NCBI RefSeq assembly: GCF_004010195.1
Contig: NC_057718.1
Span: forward strand, 68,976,918 to 69,016,629
Origin: Chiloscyllium plagiosum
Taxonomy: Eukaryota
Length of the DNA: 39,712 nucleotides
Direction: 5' to 3'
The translations under genes were made by a program, and so were the position numbers. This document shows positions 12,951-23,432 of the stretch, piece by piece (the first letter of the stretch is position 1; every line of letters begins with the position of its first letter). The notes under the pieces were generated by a model. The model did no database searches. It was not told the origin of the DNA and was given only the letters and a program-made list of their open reading frames with translations.

Positions 12951-13339
12951 TCAACCCGACTTTTGTTGTTGAGCTTTTTGAATGTCATTGGTGCTGCACT
13001 CATCCAGGCAAGTGGGGAGTATTTCGTCAAATTCTTGACATGTGTCTTGTAGATGGTGAACAGGCTTTGGCGAACCAGTTGGATTTTCTGTCTTGTCAGC
13101 AGAATAAACTGAATAATTAATATGACTGTGACACTCAACAAAGTAATGATGTAACTTATTTTCAACATTTGAATCTCTGTCATGAGGCTGTGATTTTTAA
13201 AGTGCAGAAACCATTTTGAATGATATTTATATTTCACTGGTTATTGTTTACATTAGTGTTAATATGTTCACACCAGTTATGAAGTCAATGTTCCAGCTTG
13301 TGTAATTATACATTTTTCCTCTTCAAAAATCAAATATAG

Positions 13340-13558
13340 GCCTGTGTTAGCTGTCTTTGAAGTGAATATTCAGGAAGTGGATATTTTTGCACGTGAGCAA
13401 GTATTCCAGGAAATCACGTCTTCCCAGGGGCCATCGGATGCGACTGTCGTGATATGTCTTAAAGGACCAACCAATGGAGAAAGGGAAGCCTTTTCGGATA
13501 ATCTAAGCAATGAAATAATTAATTGGCTCCAGAGTTATGGCAATATTTTGTTGGTAAG
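13340..13558 (+). CDS. SYNJ2: Synaptojanin-2 coding exon, 219 bp
   Basis: Acceptor tatag|G and donor AG|gtaaga. Translates PVLAVFEVNIQEVDIFAREQVFQEITSSQGPSDATVVICLKGPTNGEREAFSDNLSNEIINWLQSYGNILLV(R). Completes SDHKPV and starts the RRM-like (DUF1866) region. Confidence 0.95.
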
Positions 13559-13796
13559 GTAAGAGCTAGTTTCCAGTAATAAACAGCCCTGAGAACAATT
13601 GTTCAATTTACCAGACTTTTATCTTTGTCTTCTATCAAAATGAAAAGAGCTTGGACAAACCTAATAATTAGCTTTCTATGCCATAACGATGGCATAGAAA
13701 GCTGTGGGCAATCATGGCTTTTTGTAGGCAGCATTGCCTTTAATTTTCTTCTTAGTTGCAGCGGGTCTCCAAGATCTGTGTGTAACAGCAACTTCT

Positions 13797-15241
13797 AGAA
13801 CCACAGAAAATGGGGGAGATACTAAATGAATATTTTGCATCAGTATTTACTGTGGAAAAGGATATGGAAGATATAGACTGTAGGGAAATAGATGGTTACA
13901 TCTCGCAAAATGTTCAGATTACAGAGGAGGAAGTGCTGGATGTTTTGAAACGGTTAAAAGTGGATAAATCCCTAGGACCTAATCAGGTGTACCCGAGAAC
14001 TCTGTGGGAAGCTAGAGAAGTGATTGCTGGGCCTCTTGCTGAGATATTTGTATCATCGATANNNNNNNNNNNNNNNNNNNNNNNNNNNNNNNNNNNNNNN
14101 NNNNNNNNNNNNNNNNNNNNNNNNNNNNNNNNNNNNNNNNNNNNNNNNNNNNNNNNNNNNNNNNNNNNNNNNNNNNNNNNNNNNNNNNNNNNNNNNNNNN
14201 NNNNNNNNNNNNNNNNNNNNNNNNNNNNNNNNNNNNNNNNNNNNNNNNNNNNNNNNNNNNNNNNNNNNNNNNNNNNNNNNNNNNNNNNNNNNNNNNNNNN
14301 NNNNNNNNNNNNNNNNNNNNNNNNNNNNNNNNNNNNNNNNNNNNNNNNNNNNNNNNNNNNNNNNNNNNNNNNNNNNNNNNNNNNNNNNNNNNNNNNNNNN
14401 NNNNNNNNNNNNNNNNNNNNNNNNNNNNNNNNNNNNNNNNNNNNNNNNNNNNNNNNNNNNNNNNNNNNNNNNNNNNNNNNNNNNNNNNNNNNNNNNNNNN
14501 NNNNNNNNNNNNNNNNNNNNNNNNNNNNNNNNNNNNNNNNNNNNNNNNNNNNNNNNNNNNNNNNNNNNNNNNNNNNNNNNNNNNNNNNNNNNNNNNNNNN
14601 NNNNNNNNNNNNNNNNNNNNNNNNNNNNNNNNNNNNNNNNNNNNNNNNNNNNNNNNNNNNNNNNNNNNNNNNNNNNNNNNNNNNNNNNNNNNNNNNNNNN
14701 NNNNNNNNNNNNNNNNNNNNNNNNNNNNNNNNNNNNNNNNNNNNNNNNNNNNNNNNNNNNNNNNNNNNNNNNNNNNNNNNNNNNNNNNNNNNNNNNNNNN
14801 NNNNNNNNNNNNNNNNNNNNNNNNNNNNNNNNNNNNNNNNNNNNNNNNNNNNNNNNNNNNNNNNNNNNNNNNNNNNNNNNNNNNNNNNNNNNNNNNNNNN
14901 NNNNNNNNNNNNNNNNNNNNNNNNNNNNNNNNNNNNNNNGGAGTCCAGAACTGGAGGGCATAGGTTTAGGGTGAGTGGGGAAAGATATAAAAGAGACCTA
15001 AGGGGCACCGTTTTCACGCAGAGGGTGGTACGTGTATGGAATGAGCTGCCAGAGGATGTGATGGAGGCTGGTACAATTGCAACATTTAAGAGGCATTTGG
15101 ATGGGTATATGAATAGGAAGGGTTTGGAGGGATATGGGCCAGGTGCTGGCAGGTGGGACTAGATTGGGTTGGGATATCTGATCGGCATGGACGGGTTGGA
15201 CCAAAGTGTCTGTTTCTATTCTGTACATCTCGATGACTCTA
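13797..15241 (+). mobile_element. CR1 LINE spanning an assembly gap
   Basis: MGEILNEYFASVF...DKSLGP before the gap; ESRTGGHRF...WNELPEDV and the 3' tail after it. Confidence 0.88.
14062..14939. other. Assembly gap (N run)
   Basis: Continuous Ns; the long ORFs crossing it are artefacts. Confidence 1.
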
Positions 15242-15659
15242 AGTCAGTGCTGTGATCACTATGTATGGAAACTCTGAGCAATTATGCACCCCCAACTGCA
15301 TTTCTTTGATGGCTAGTAGCAAGCTAGTTTCTATTGGGGTTGCTGTCCCTTTCGAATAATTCCCATTCCAAGAGCTGACAGCTCATTGGGGCTACCAAGA
15401 AATTTGGCCAATTCTGACACTGCGTCTGAAAGGTGAGGATGCTGGGAACAGGCCACCCTCCCAATCAGGGAGCTAGGATCAGGAGTCCGCAAAGCGAATT
15501 ATGACTTGTATTGTGAAGGAAGAGAGGTTGTAATGGTGGTGGCCTTTGTTGCTGGGGTCTCTTCACTGCAACGCGGAATCTTTGAATTGGGGTACTCCTT
15601 GTCTTGAGCTCACAGAGAGCTCTACATGTAGCAGTTCTCCTTCACCCAGCACTCATAAA

Positions 15660-16262
15660 ATGTCATAGTTGCAAGAAGGAAATGGGCACTTTGTAGGTGA
15701 AAATGCTGTGGCAATGAGAGGAGTCAGCAGATGCAGTTCCTCGCGGTGAACGGTAGCAGCAGGGATACCCTCCTGGCATTCGGGGCTAACAGAGGCAGTG
15801 GTGGCTTGTCCACCAATTGGAGGCAGTGGCAGTGGACCGTTTAAGATGGCATGGCTAGCAAGGTAACATCTCAAAGGAGAGCAGCCTGAGCGGGATTCTT
15901 GGCAAGATGGTATCAGCAGCCTGATCTGACAGTGGAGCTGGGGATTCCTGTTTGCAGGATGAGTATGGGTTCACCACCAGGCCCAGCATTGGTGGTGGCG
16001 TGGGCGAGGCAGACCCTAAGGCGAAGGAGTGCTGCCTAAAGAGTAGTGATTCCTTTGTTGGTGGGTCTGATGCAGGTGGTGAGATGGTGAACAAGGGGAG
16101 GCAGCACAGTTGTCATGGGTGAGCTGGCTCAGGACTCTCTTTTAGTTATATCTTTTATTCTTTTTATTCAAAATAGCACCGGATTTTGGCAACTGTTGAA
16201 GCTTTTCACTGTATTTTATTGTATTATTCACTGTATAATGCAAGTGACAATAAATAAATCAT
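15660..16262 (+). mobile_element. Unclassified retroposon with an L2/CR1-like 3' tail
   Basis: GC-rich body ending gcttttcactgta...gtgacaataaataaatc, which resembles LINE-derived 3' ends. The 5' boundary is uncertain. Confidence 0.4.
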
Positions 16263-16569
16263 TAAACCATCAGGACTAGAACACAAGTGACAGATTTGAC
16301 AACAGAGATGCCAATTTACACAGCATGAAAACAAAATGCTGATCATTTGGCCCAAAGTTGTGTAGAAAAAACAAAAACTGTTAACTATCAGCCTTTATTC
16401 TCAGACACAATGACCAATTAGACTCTCCCTGTCTGGTCTTCGTCTCTGTCATCCTAGTTCATCTCAGGATTCTCAATCTCAGCTTCCTGCTCACAGATTT
16501 CCTTTCCTTCCTGCATCTCCTCCTCTGATAACCCAACTCTAATTTGGCAACTAGGTTGTGAACGTACAT

Positions 16570-16990
16570 GATACCACTGCATCAGGGTATAGTGTGTGGT
16601 ATTACCTCGCCAGTCTGGGCATCAGAACCTATCAAGAGGAGTCATATGGTCTGTTCTACAATGGTCAAAGCTCAGAAAGCATCATGTATCTCCTTAGTGT
16701 CAATCTGAGGAGTTTTTAGAGATGTCTACTGGTATGATTTAGAGGGAATGTACCTGATGTTGCCCAGTAACCATCCTTGTTGGGCAGAAGACTTTTGAAA
16801 AGGCTGGTGCTGATGAGTAGCCCAGGATGGTAATCATCATGGCAGCTCCCAGGATAACCAGCAAACATTAGCTGTTTTAGTCACAAATTAAGAGAGTGGG
16901 ATCTTTTTTCTATTTTGAAGACTGTTTTTTCATGATAGGGCACCCTAACTGCCATGTGTCAATCAGTGCCTGATTCCTTGGAGGGAGAAA
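16570..16990 (-). mobile_element. Decayed PIF/Harbinger transposase fragment
   Basis: Manual minus-strand translation across frameshifts gives QALID..HMAVRVP, NRKRSHSLN, YPGSCHD, GWLLGNIRY and TIVEQTI*LL, in the order of HARBI1-type motifs (GAIDCTH, NRKGFHSLN, PGSCHD, WLLGDKGY, IEQTIGLLK). Confidence 0.8.
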
Positions 16991-17257
16991 GAAATGTCTA
17001 CCACATGGGCAGAAGTTAATTGTGAAGACAAAGATAATACAGTGAATTATGCAGTTAATGAGAGACAGATACATGGATACTAGGTTTTCACCAGCTGATA
17101 GAGAGATACTGATCGATTAATTGTTAATTATGTCAATGGTGAAAAGCTGATTTTTGGACACTTACCTGGTTATTACATCCACCATTATTCTCGCCATCTC
17201 TGGGAGCAGAAAATCAGACTCCTTAATTTGAATTAGAAGGATTACTACAGGGATGTA

Positions 17258-17386
17258 TTAGATTAGATTAGATTAGATTACAGTGTGGAAACAGGCCCTT
17301 CGGCCCAACAACCTGAGGCGGGAATTGAACCTGGGTCTCAGGCGCTGCGAGGCAGCAGTGCTAACCACTGTGCCACCGTGCCACCC
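17258..17386 (-). mobile_element. Internally deleted HE1-like SINE (tRNA head fused to tail)
   Basis: (ttaga)n tail plus cagtgtggaaacaggcccttcggcccaaca joined directly to cctgaggcgggaattgaacc...ccaccgtgccaccc. Confidence 0.88.
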
Positions 17387-17389
17387 ATA

Positions 17390-17530
17390 AAACTAGAACA
17401 CCCAGAGGAAACCCATGCAGACACAGGAAGAATGTGCAAACTTCACACAGACAGTCACCCAAGGTGGGAATCGAACCCAGGTCCCTGGCACTGTGAGGCT
17501 GCAGTGTTAACCACTGAGCCACATGCCAGC
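17390..17530 (-). mobile_element. Older HE1-like SINE, 5' half only
   Basis: gaggaaacccatgcagacac...gggaatcgaaccc...aaccactgagcc; lacks the 3' tail. Confidence 0.85.
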
Positions 17531-18456
17531 CTTTTTTTTTTTAAGTTTCGACAGTTAAAGTGATTTGATTACAGTTTGCAAAATATTAAAAAAGAGATTA
17601 ATTATTTCCATTGGTTGGGAAGTCTAGGATTCGGGTTCATAGTTAAAAATTACAGCTGACATTTCAGGAATGAAATTGGTAAATACTTCTACATAAAAAG
17701 GGCAAGAGATGGTTGGAACTCTATTTTACTTGATCAATTACTAAGTTTTAGATTGCCGCTAGCTAGAAGTTAAGAATGTGTTAAAGAGGTATAGATCAGC
17801 CATGACTTCATTGTCAGACTGAAGAGGCCTGGGAGACTCAATGGCCCACTCCCTTTCCCATATTCTTATGCCTCATTCATGAATTCCTGTTGCCAAGCAT
17901 TGAAATTCTGAACCTTGTTTTATGTTGTAATTGGTCTCAACGGCAACATAGTTCCATGACATAATTAATTTAAATGTTGTACGTCCAACTTTTAGGAAAA
18001 TGCAAAGACTTGCTACAGCAGATTAATGTTAGTGATGCATTTCTATGTATCATGACAAAGTAACCTGATCACAAGAAATAGCAGTGGGAACAAACCATAT
18101 TGCCTATTTATTGTGATCTTCGGTGATTCTATGCTTCCGCCCTACTTTCCTGCCCACTCCCCGTACCTTTTGATTCCCTGAGAGATCAAAAAGAAAAATC
18201 AATACCAGCCTTAAGTATATTCAGTGTTGGAGCAATCCCAACCCTCTGACATGGACAGTTCTAAAAATTTGCAACCTGTTAAATGAAGTAATTTTTCCTC
18301 ATCACAGTCCTTAATGAACAGCCCCTGACCTGAAACTGTGTTCCCATTTTTAACATTTTCCAGCCAGAGAAAACTCTCTTTCAGTGTCGGCCCTAATCAA
18401 GCCTACCCTGATAGGCGATGATTTTCTCAACTTTGTTTTGCTAAAGAATGCTAGCC

Positions 18457-18648
18457 ATAGAATATAGAACATAGAACATTACAGCGCAGTACAGGCCCTT
18501 CGGCCCTCGCTGTTGCGCCGCCCTGTCATACTAATCTGAAGCCCATCCCACCTACACTATTCCACGTAGGTCCATTTGCCTGTCAATGCATTTAAACTTG
18601 GCGAATCTACTACCGATGCAGGCAAAGCATTCCATACCCTTACTACTT
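18457..18648 (-). mobile_element. CR1 3' end fragment just upstream of an exon
   Basis: catagaatatagaacatagaacattacagcgcagtacaggcccttcggccc, same subfamily as 11327 and 20220. Confidence 0.85.
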
Positions 18649-18694
18649 ACTACCCCATGATGAGACAATAATTCTGTTACTATATTTCTGTTAG

Positions 18695-18773
18695 ATTTGA
18701 TCACGGACAGATGTTGGTAACTTTTCAGGATAGTCGGATGGCTCTGAAAGTTTTGGATCTAGATGGAAAAATG
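18695..18773 (+). CDS. SYNJ2: Synaptojanin-2 coding exon, 79 bp
   Basis: Acceptor ttctgttag|A and donor ATG|gtaagt. Translates (R)FDHGQMLVTFQDSRMALKVLDLDGKM, in frame with both neighbouring exons. Confidence 0.93.
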
Positions 18774-19269
18774 GTAAGTCTGGTTTAATGCAAAACAGTC
18801 TCCATTTTATGCCCTAGCATGTTAAATTAAAATGCTGTCAGTCATTTTAATAATGTGATAACTGAACTTAAGAATGCACTTTATGTATGTCACTAAGAAA
18901 TGCGAATTGCCACAATAAATTAAGCCATTACTTTCTGCTTTTCTGGCATATTTGGGATGTAATGTATGGTTAATTAGCATTGTTTTGAGAGTACATAGAA
19001 TAAGCCATAGGAGCAAAGTTAGCCCCCACCATTTAATTGCAATGGTTGAGTAATGCCATTAAAATCTAGGTTTAAAACTTACTGACTTGCTAGTACTTGT
19101 TTCCTGCCGTTTGCTATTTTAACACAGAGTTTTCTTAAGTAATCCAGCTATTGGCCGAAGCAAGCAGTAACCTGGTTGATGTATTCAAAATGCATTATTT
19201 AGCAACCCAAACCAATTTAGTATGAAAACGAAATTTGTGCTGCATTGATTTGCTGAGTAAAATCTAATG

Positions 19270-20219
19270 GAATGGTTTACAAAACAAAGGGACGAAGAGA
19301 TCACAAAATCCCCTAAAACTACTATTCTGAACCTTGGGGTTTTAAAAGAGGTAGCTGCAAAGATTGCAGATGCATTAGTTTGATCATCCAGAATTCCTCA
19401 GGTTTATTGGAGGGATTTCAAGGTGATAGTTATAATCACACTACTTGCAGGGAGGTGACAGCATAGTGTTAGTGTGACTGGTCTTGTAATCCAGAAACCA
19501 ATGTACATGTTCTGGCAGTTGGTTTCACCATGGCAGATGGTAAAATTTGAATTCAGTAAGATCTGGAATCTAAAGCTAGTCTAATTGTGGCCATGTAACC
19601 ATTATCAATTGTTGTAAAAAATAATCTGAAACATAATGTCCTTCATGGATGGAGATCTGTCAGTCCTGCATCTGGTTAACTTTTACATGCTCTCTGAAAT
19701 GTTTTAGCAAGCCACATAATGCAAGGTCACTTAAAGATGGTAATAAATACTGACCCTGCCAGTGATACCCACCTCCCATGAAAGGATAAGGAAAAAAATT
19801 AGGAAAAGTGGAAGTGGGAAAATTAGAACCATATGCTAGCTAATATAACATCAGTAGTAGCAGTAAATGCTGGAATCTATTATTAGAGACTTGGCTACAG
19901 GAAACTTAGAAAATCATCAATCCATTTAACTCTGTTCAATTATATTTTGGCACATAAACCATGCTTAACAAACCTATTCAAACGTTTTGCGGACGTAACT
20001 AGTAGGGTGGATAAGGGGAAACCAATAGATGTAGTCAGTGTATATGTATTTTCAAAAGTAATTTAATAAAGTAGGAGCAACAATGATTGGGATAAATATA
20101 TTAACTTGGATTGAATGAATAGAGAGTGAAAAACAGGAATAAATGGGATATTTTCAGGTTGTTGGACTGCAACCACTGAGGTTTTGTGTGGATCAGTAAT
20201 TGGACTTCAGCTTTATATA
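19270..20219 (+). mobile_element. Highly decayed CR1 RT fragment (resumes near 22230)
   Basis: Degenerate KSP, LKEVAAKIADAL, CLTNLF and VDKGKPIDV motifs; interrupted by a SINE and by the 20220 CR1. Confidence 0.6.
19450..19795 (+). mobile_element. Old tRNA-derived SINE (non-HE1 family)
   Basis: Degenerate tRNA-like head (gacagcatagtgttag...gtaatccag) and 3' end aataaatactgaccctgccagtgatacccacctcccatgaaag followed by an A-rich tail. Confidence 0.55.
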
Positions 20220-20432
20220 ATAGAACATTACAGTGCAGTACAGGCCCTTCGGCCCTCAATGTTACACTGCCCTGTGAAACCAATCTAAAGCCCATCTAAC
20301 CTACGCTATTCTATTCTCATCCATACGTCTATTCAATGACCATTTAAATGCCTGTAAAGTTGGCAAGTCTACAACTATTGCAGGCAGTTCCACACCCCTA
20401 CTACTCTCTGAGTAAAGAAACTACCTCTGACA

Positions 20433-20553
20433 GGGAGAAAGTGAGGACTGCAGATGCTGGAGATCAGGAAGAAGGGCTTATGCCCGAAGCGTCGATTCTC
20501 CTGCTCCTTTGATGCTGCCTGACCTGCTGCGCTTTTCCAGCAACACGTTTTTC
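20433..20553. mobile_element. Fold-back hammerhead-family element, short copy B
   Basis: 14-bp TSD AACTACCTCTGACA at 20419-20432 and 20554-20567; the uninterrupted target is visible in the sister CR1 at 11519-11532. Partial core gaaga-agggcttatgccc-gaagc-gtc. Confidence 0.88.
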
Positions 20554-20939
20554 AACTACCTCTGACATCTGTCTTCTATCGATCACTTCTCAATTTGAAT
20601 CTATGCCCCTTCGTGTGACCATCACCATCTGAGGGAAAATGGTCTCACTGTCCACCCGATCTAACCCTCTGGTTATCTTATATATCTCAATTAAGTCACC
20701 TCTCAACCTTCTTCTCTCGAATGAAAACAGCCTCAAGTCCCTCAACCTTTCCTCATAAGACCTTCCCTCCATACCAGGCAATATCCTAGTAAATCTCCTC
20801 TGAACCATCTCCAAAGCTTCGACGTCCCTTCCGATAATGCAGTGACCACAACTATATGCAATTCTCTAAGTGCAGCCACACCATGACTTCATGGTTCCGA
20901 AACTCAATCCCTCTACTAATAAAAGCTAACACACAGTAT

Positions 20940-21158
20940 AGGTTAGAGTGGTGCTGGAAAAGCACAGCTGCTAAGGCAGCATTCGAGGAGCAGGAAAATC
21001 GACGTTTCGGGCAAAAGCCCTTCAGGAATTCCTGATGAAGGGCTTTTGCCTGAAACATCGATTTTCCTGCTCCTCGGATGCTGCCTAACCAGATGTACTT
21101 TCCCAACATCACTCTAATCTAGACTCTGATTTCCAGCATCTGCAGTCCTCACTTTTGC
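20940..21158. mobile_element. Fold-back hammerhead-family element, copy C
   Basis: Palindrome centred on gaattc (about 21026-21031). TSD CTAACACAC(A/T)GTAT at 20926-20939 and 21159-21172. Confidence 0.88.
21026..21066 (+). ncRNA. Minimal hammerhead ribozyme-like motif (near-complete core)
   Basis: CTGATGA (21032-21038), A, stem II GGGC-TTTT-GCCT, GAAAC (21052-21056), then ATC where the sister copies have GTC. Activity unverified. Confidence 0.6.
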
Positions 21159-23092
21159 CTAACACACTGTATGCCTTCTTAACAGCCCTATCAACCTGGG
21201 TGGCAACTTGGGGACTCTATGTACATAGACACTGAGATCTCTCTGCTCATCTACACTACCAAGAATCCTACCATTTGCCCAGTACTCTACATTCCTGTTA
21301 CTCCTTCCAAAGTGAATCACCTCAAACTTTTCTGCATTAAACTCCATTTGCCACCTCTCAGCCCAGCTCTGCAGCTCGTCTATGTCCCTCTGTAACCTAC
21401 AATATCCTTCAGCACTATCCACAACTGTACCACCTTAGTGTTGTCCACAAATTTACTAACCCATCCTTCTAGACCCTCATCAAGATCGTTTATAAAAATA
21501 ACAAACAGCAGTGGACCCAAACCAGATCCTTGTGATACACCACGAGTAACTGAACTCCAGGATGAACATTTCCCATCAACCACCACCCTCTCTCTTCTTT
21601 CAGCTTGCCAATTACTGATTCAAACCATTAAATCACCCTCAATCCCATACCTCCAAATTTTGTGCAGTAGTGTACAGTTGAGAACCTTATCAAACGCCTT
21701 ACTGAAATCCATATACACCACATCAACAGCTTTACCCTCATCCACCTGTATGGTCACCTTCTCAAACAACTCTAAGGTTTGTGAGGCACGACCTACCATT
21801 CACAAAACCGTGTTGACTATCCCTAATCCACTTATTCCTATCGAGATGATTATAAATCCTATCTCTTATAACCTTTTCAACACTTTACCCAAACAGAAGT
21901 AAGGCTCACTAGTCTATAATTACCAGGGTTGTCTGTACTCTTGAACAAGGGAACAACATTTGCTATCGTCCAGTATTCTGGTACTATTTCTGTAGACAAT
22001 AAACACACAAATATCAAAGCCAAAGGCTCGGCCATCTTCTCCCTGGCTTCCCAGAGAATCCTAGGATAAATCCCATCTGGCCCAGGGGACTTATCTATTT
22101 TCACACTTTCCGGATTTTCCAACACCACCACCTTGCCATCTAGTCTAATATCCTGATTCTTAGTATTCTCCTCGACAACGTTGTCTTTTTCAAGTGTGAA
22201 TAATAATGAAAATCTATATTAATTTCTTAACTGAAGCTGTAAAATATCTAAGTTTGAGGAGGGTTCAAGGCTAAATGGGAATATAAGAAGTGAGGACAAT
22301 ATAAAGACACTGCAGAGAGTTATAAACAATTTAGTAAGTGAGCAGATGGTAATAAGTGTGATGAAATGGAAAGTTATCCACTTTGAGAAGAAAAACAAAA
22401 ACAATATTTTTTGTTGTAAAATTGGGGAATGTTTGCCTTCAAATGGTGCTGGGTGTCCTTTTATATGATTTACAAGAGGTTAACAGGGAGGGACAGCAAT
22501 CAGTGAAGTAGGGTAATGTTAGATTAGTTTTTGTCAAAAAGAGAATATAAAAGTAAGAAAGTCTTAGTAACCTTGTGCAGGACATTGGTATGACCATGCC
22601 TGGTGTTTCATGTGCAGTTTTGATCTCCTTACCTGTTAAGGAAGTGCAACAAATCGTTCATGATGTAATTACCCTATGAGAAGGGATTCAGCAGTCTAGC
22701 CCTGTTATCATCTGATTTGGTGTGAAGGGATACCCAGGACTAATGGAACGAAAAAACAGGTGATGGATATATTAGTTAGGGGTTAATTTGGTGCAAAATG
22801 GTTGTACAAATATTGGGAGGTGGTAATCATTGGGAGCATTTTATGGAGTACAGTTAACTAAAAGAACTGTATATAAATAGTTATCTTTTTGTGTATAGCA
22901 AGGGCTGGGTCTCCAAAAAAGTTGATAAGAGGAAAATCAGAATATGAGAATAAACTTGCTAGGAATAAGGGGAGCTAGCTAATTGAAGATAAAATTGGCT
23001 TGAAGGTAGGAGACAGTATGTAGAGATAGAGAATTGCTTTTCAGACTAGAGGCTTGTGACCACCAGTGTGCCACAAGGTTCAGTGCTGAGTC

Positions 23093-23150
23093 TGTAGTGA
23101 TTGTAATGAGATCCGCAGGTGGACCTCAATGAATATGAGTTCCCTGATTT
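23093..23150 (+). mobile_element. 5' fragment of the LTR family found at 35042
   Basis: tgtagtgattgtaatgag...caggtggacctcaatgaatatgagtt resembles the reverse complement of 35225-35282. Confidence 0.65.
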
Positions 23151-23159
23151 AGAATGATA

Positions 23160-23432
23160 GCCCCATCAGCTATTACGAGGGGGCATAACTTTAACTTAAA
23201 GGGTGGTAGGTATAGTACAGATGTTAGGGGTAGATTCTTTACTCAATGAGTCGTGAGTTCATGGAATGCCCTGCCAGTAGCAGTAGTGGACTCTCCCTCT
23301 TTATGGGCATTTAAACGGGTATTGGATAGGCATATGGAGGATAGTGGGCTAGTGTAGGTTAGGGGGGCTTGGATCGGCGCAACATTGAGGGCCAAAGGGC
23401 CTGTACTGCGCTGTATTCTTCTATGTTCTGTG
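23160..23432 (+). mobile_element. CR1 3' end ((TTCTATG)n subfamily)
   Basis: TRGHNF..WNALP motifs; ends gggcctgtactgcgctgtattcttctatgttct. Confidence 0.85.

Larger units (their letters stand above)
11097..13090 (-). mobile_element. Old CR1/L2-group LINE 3' region broken by nested insertions
   Basis: Remnants at about 11097-11327, 11683-11852 and 12960-13090; the last encodes QSLFTIYKTHVKNLTKYSPLAWMSAAP, a LINE RT C-terminal motif. Confidence 0.65.
20220..22200 (-). mobile_element. CR1 LINE (RT to 3' end) containing two fold-back insertions
   Basis: Minus-strand ORFs [52 protein letters not shown] and VQRRFTRILPG. Confidence 0.93.

Noticed and set aside
13810..15162. 450-aa ORF and other long ORFs here and at 37970-38580
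   Set aside because: They are open only because they cross N runs.
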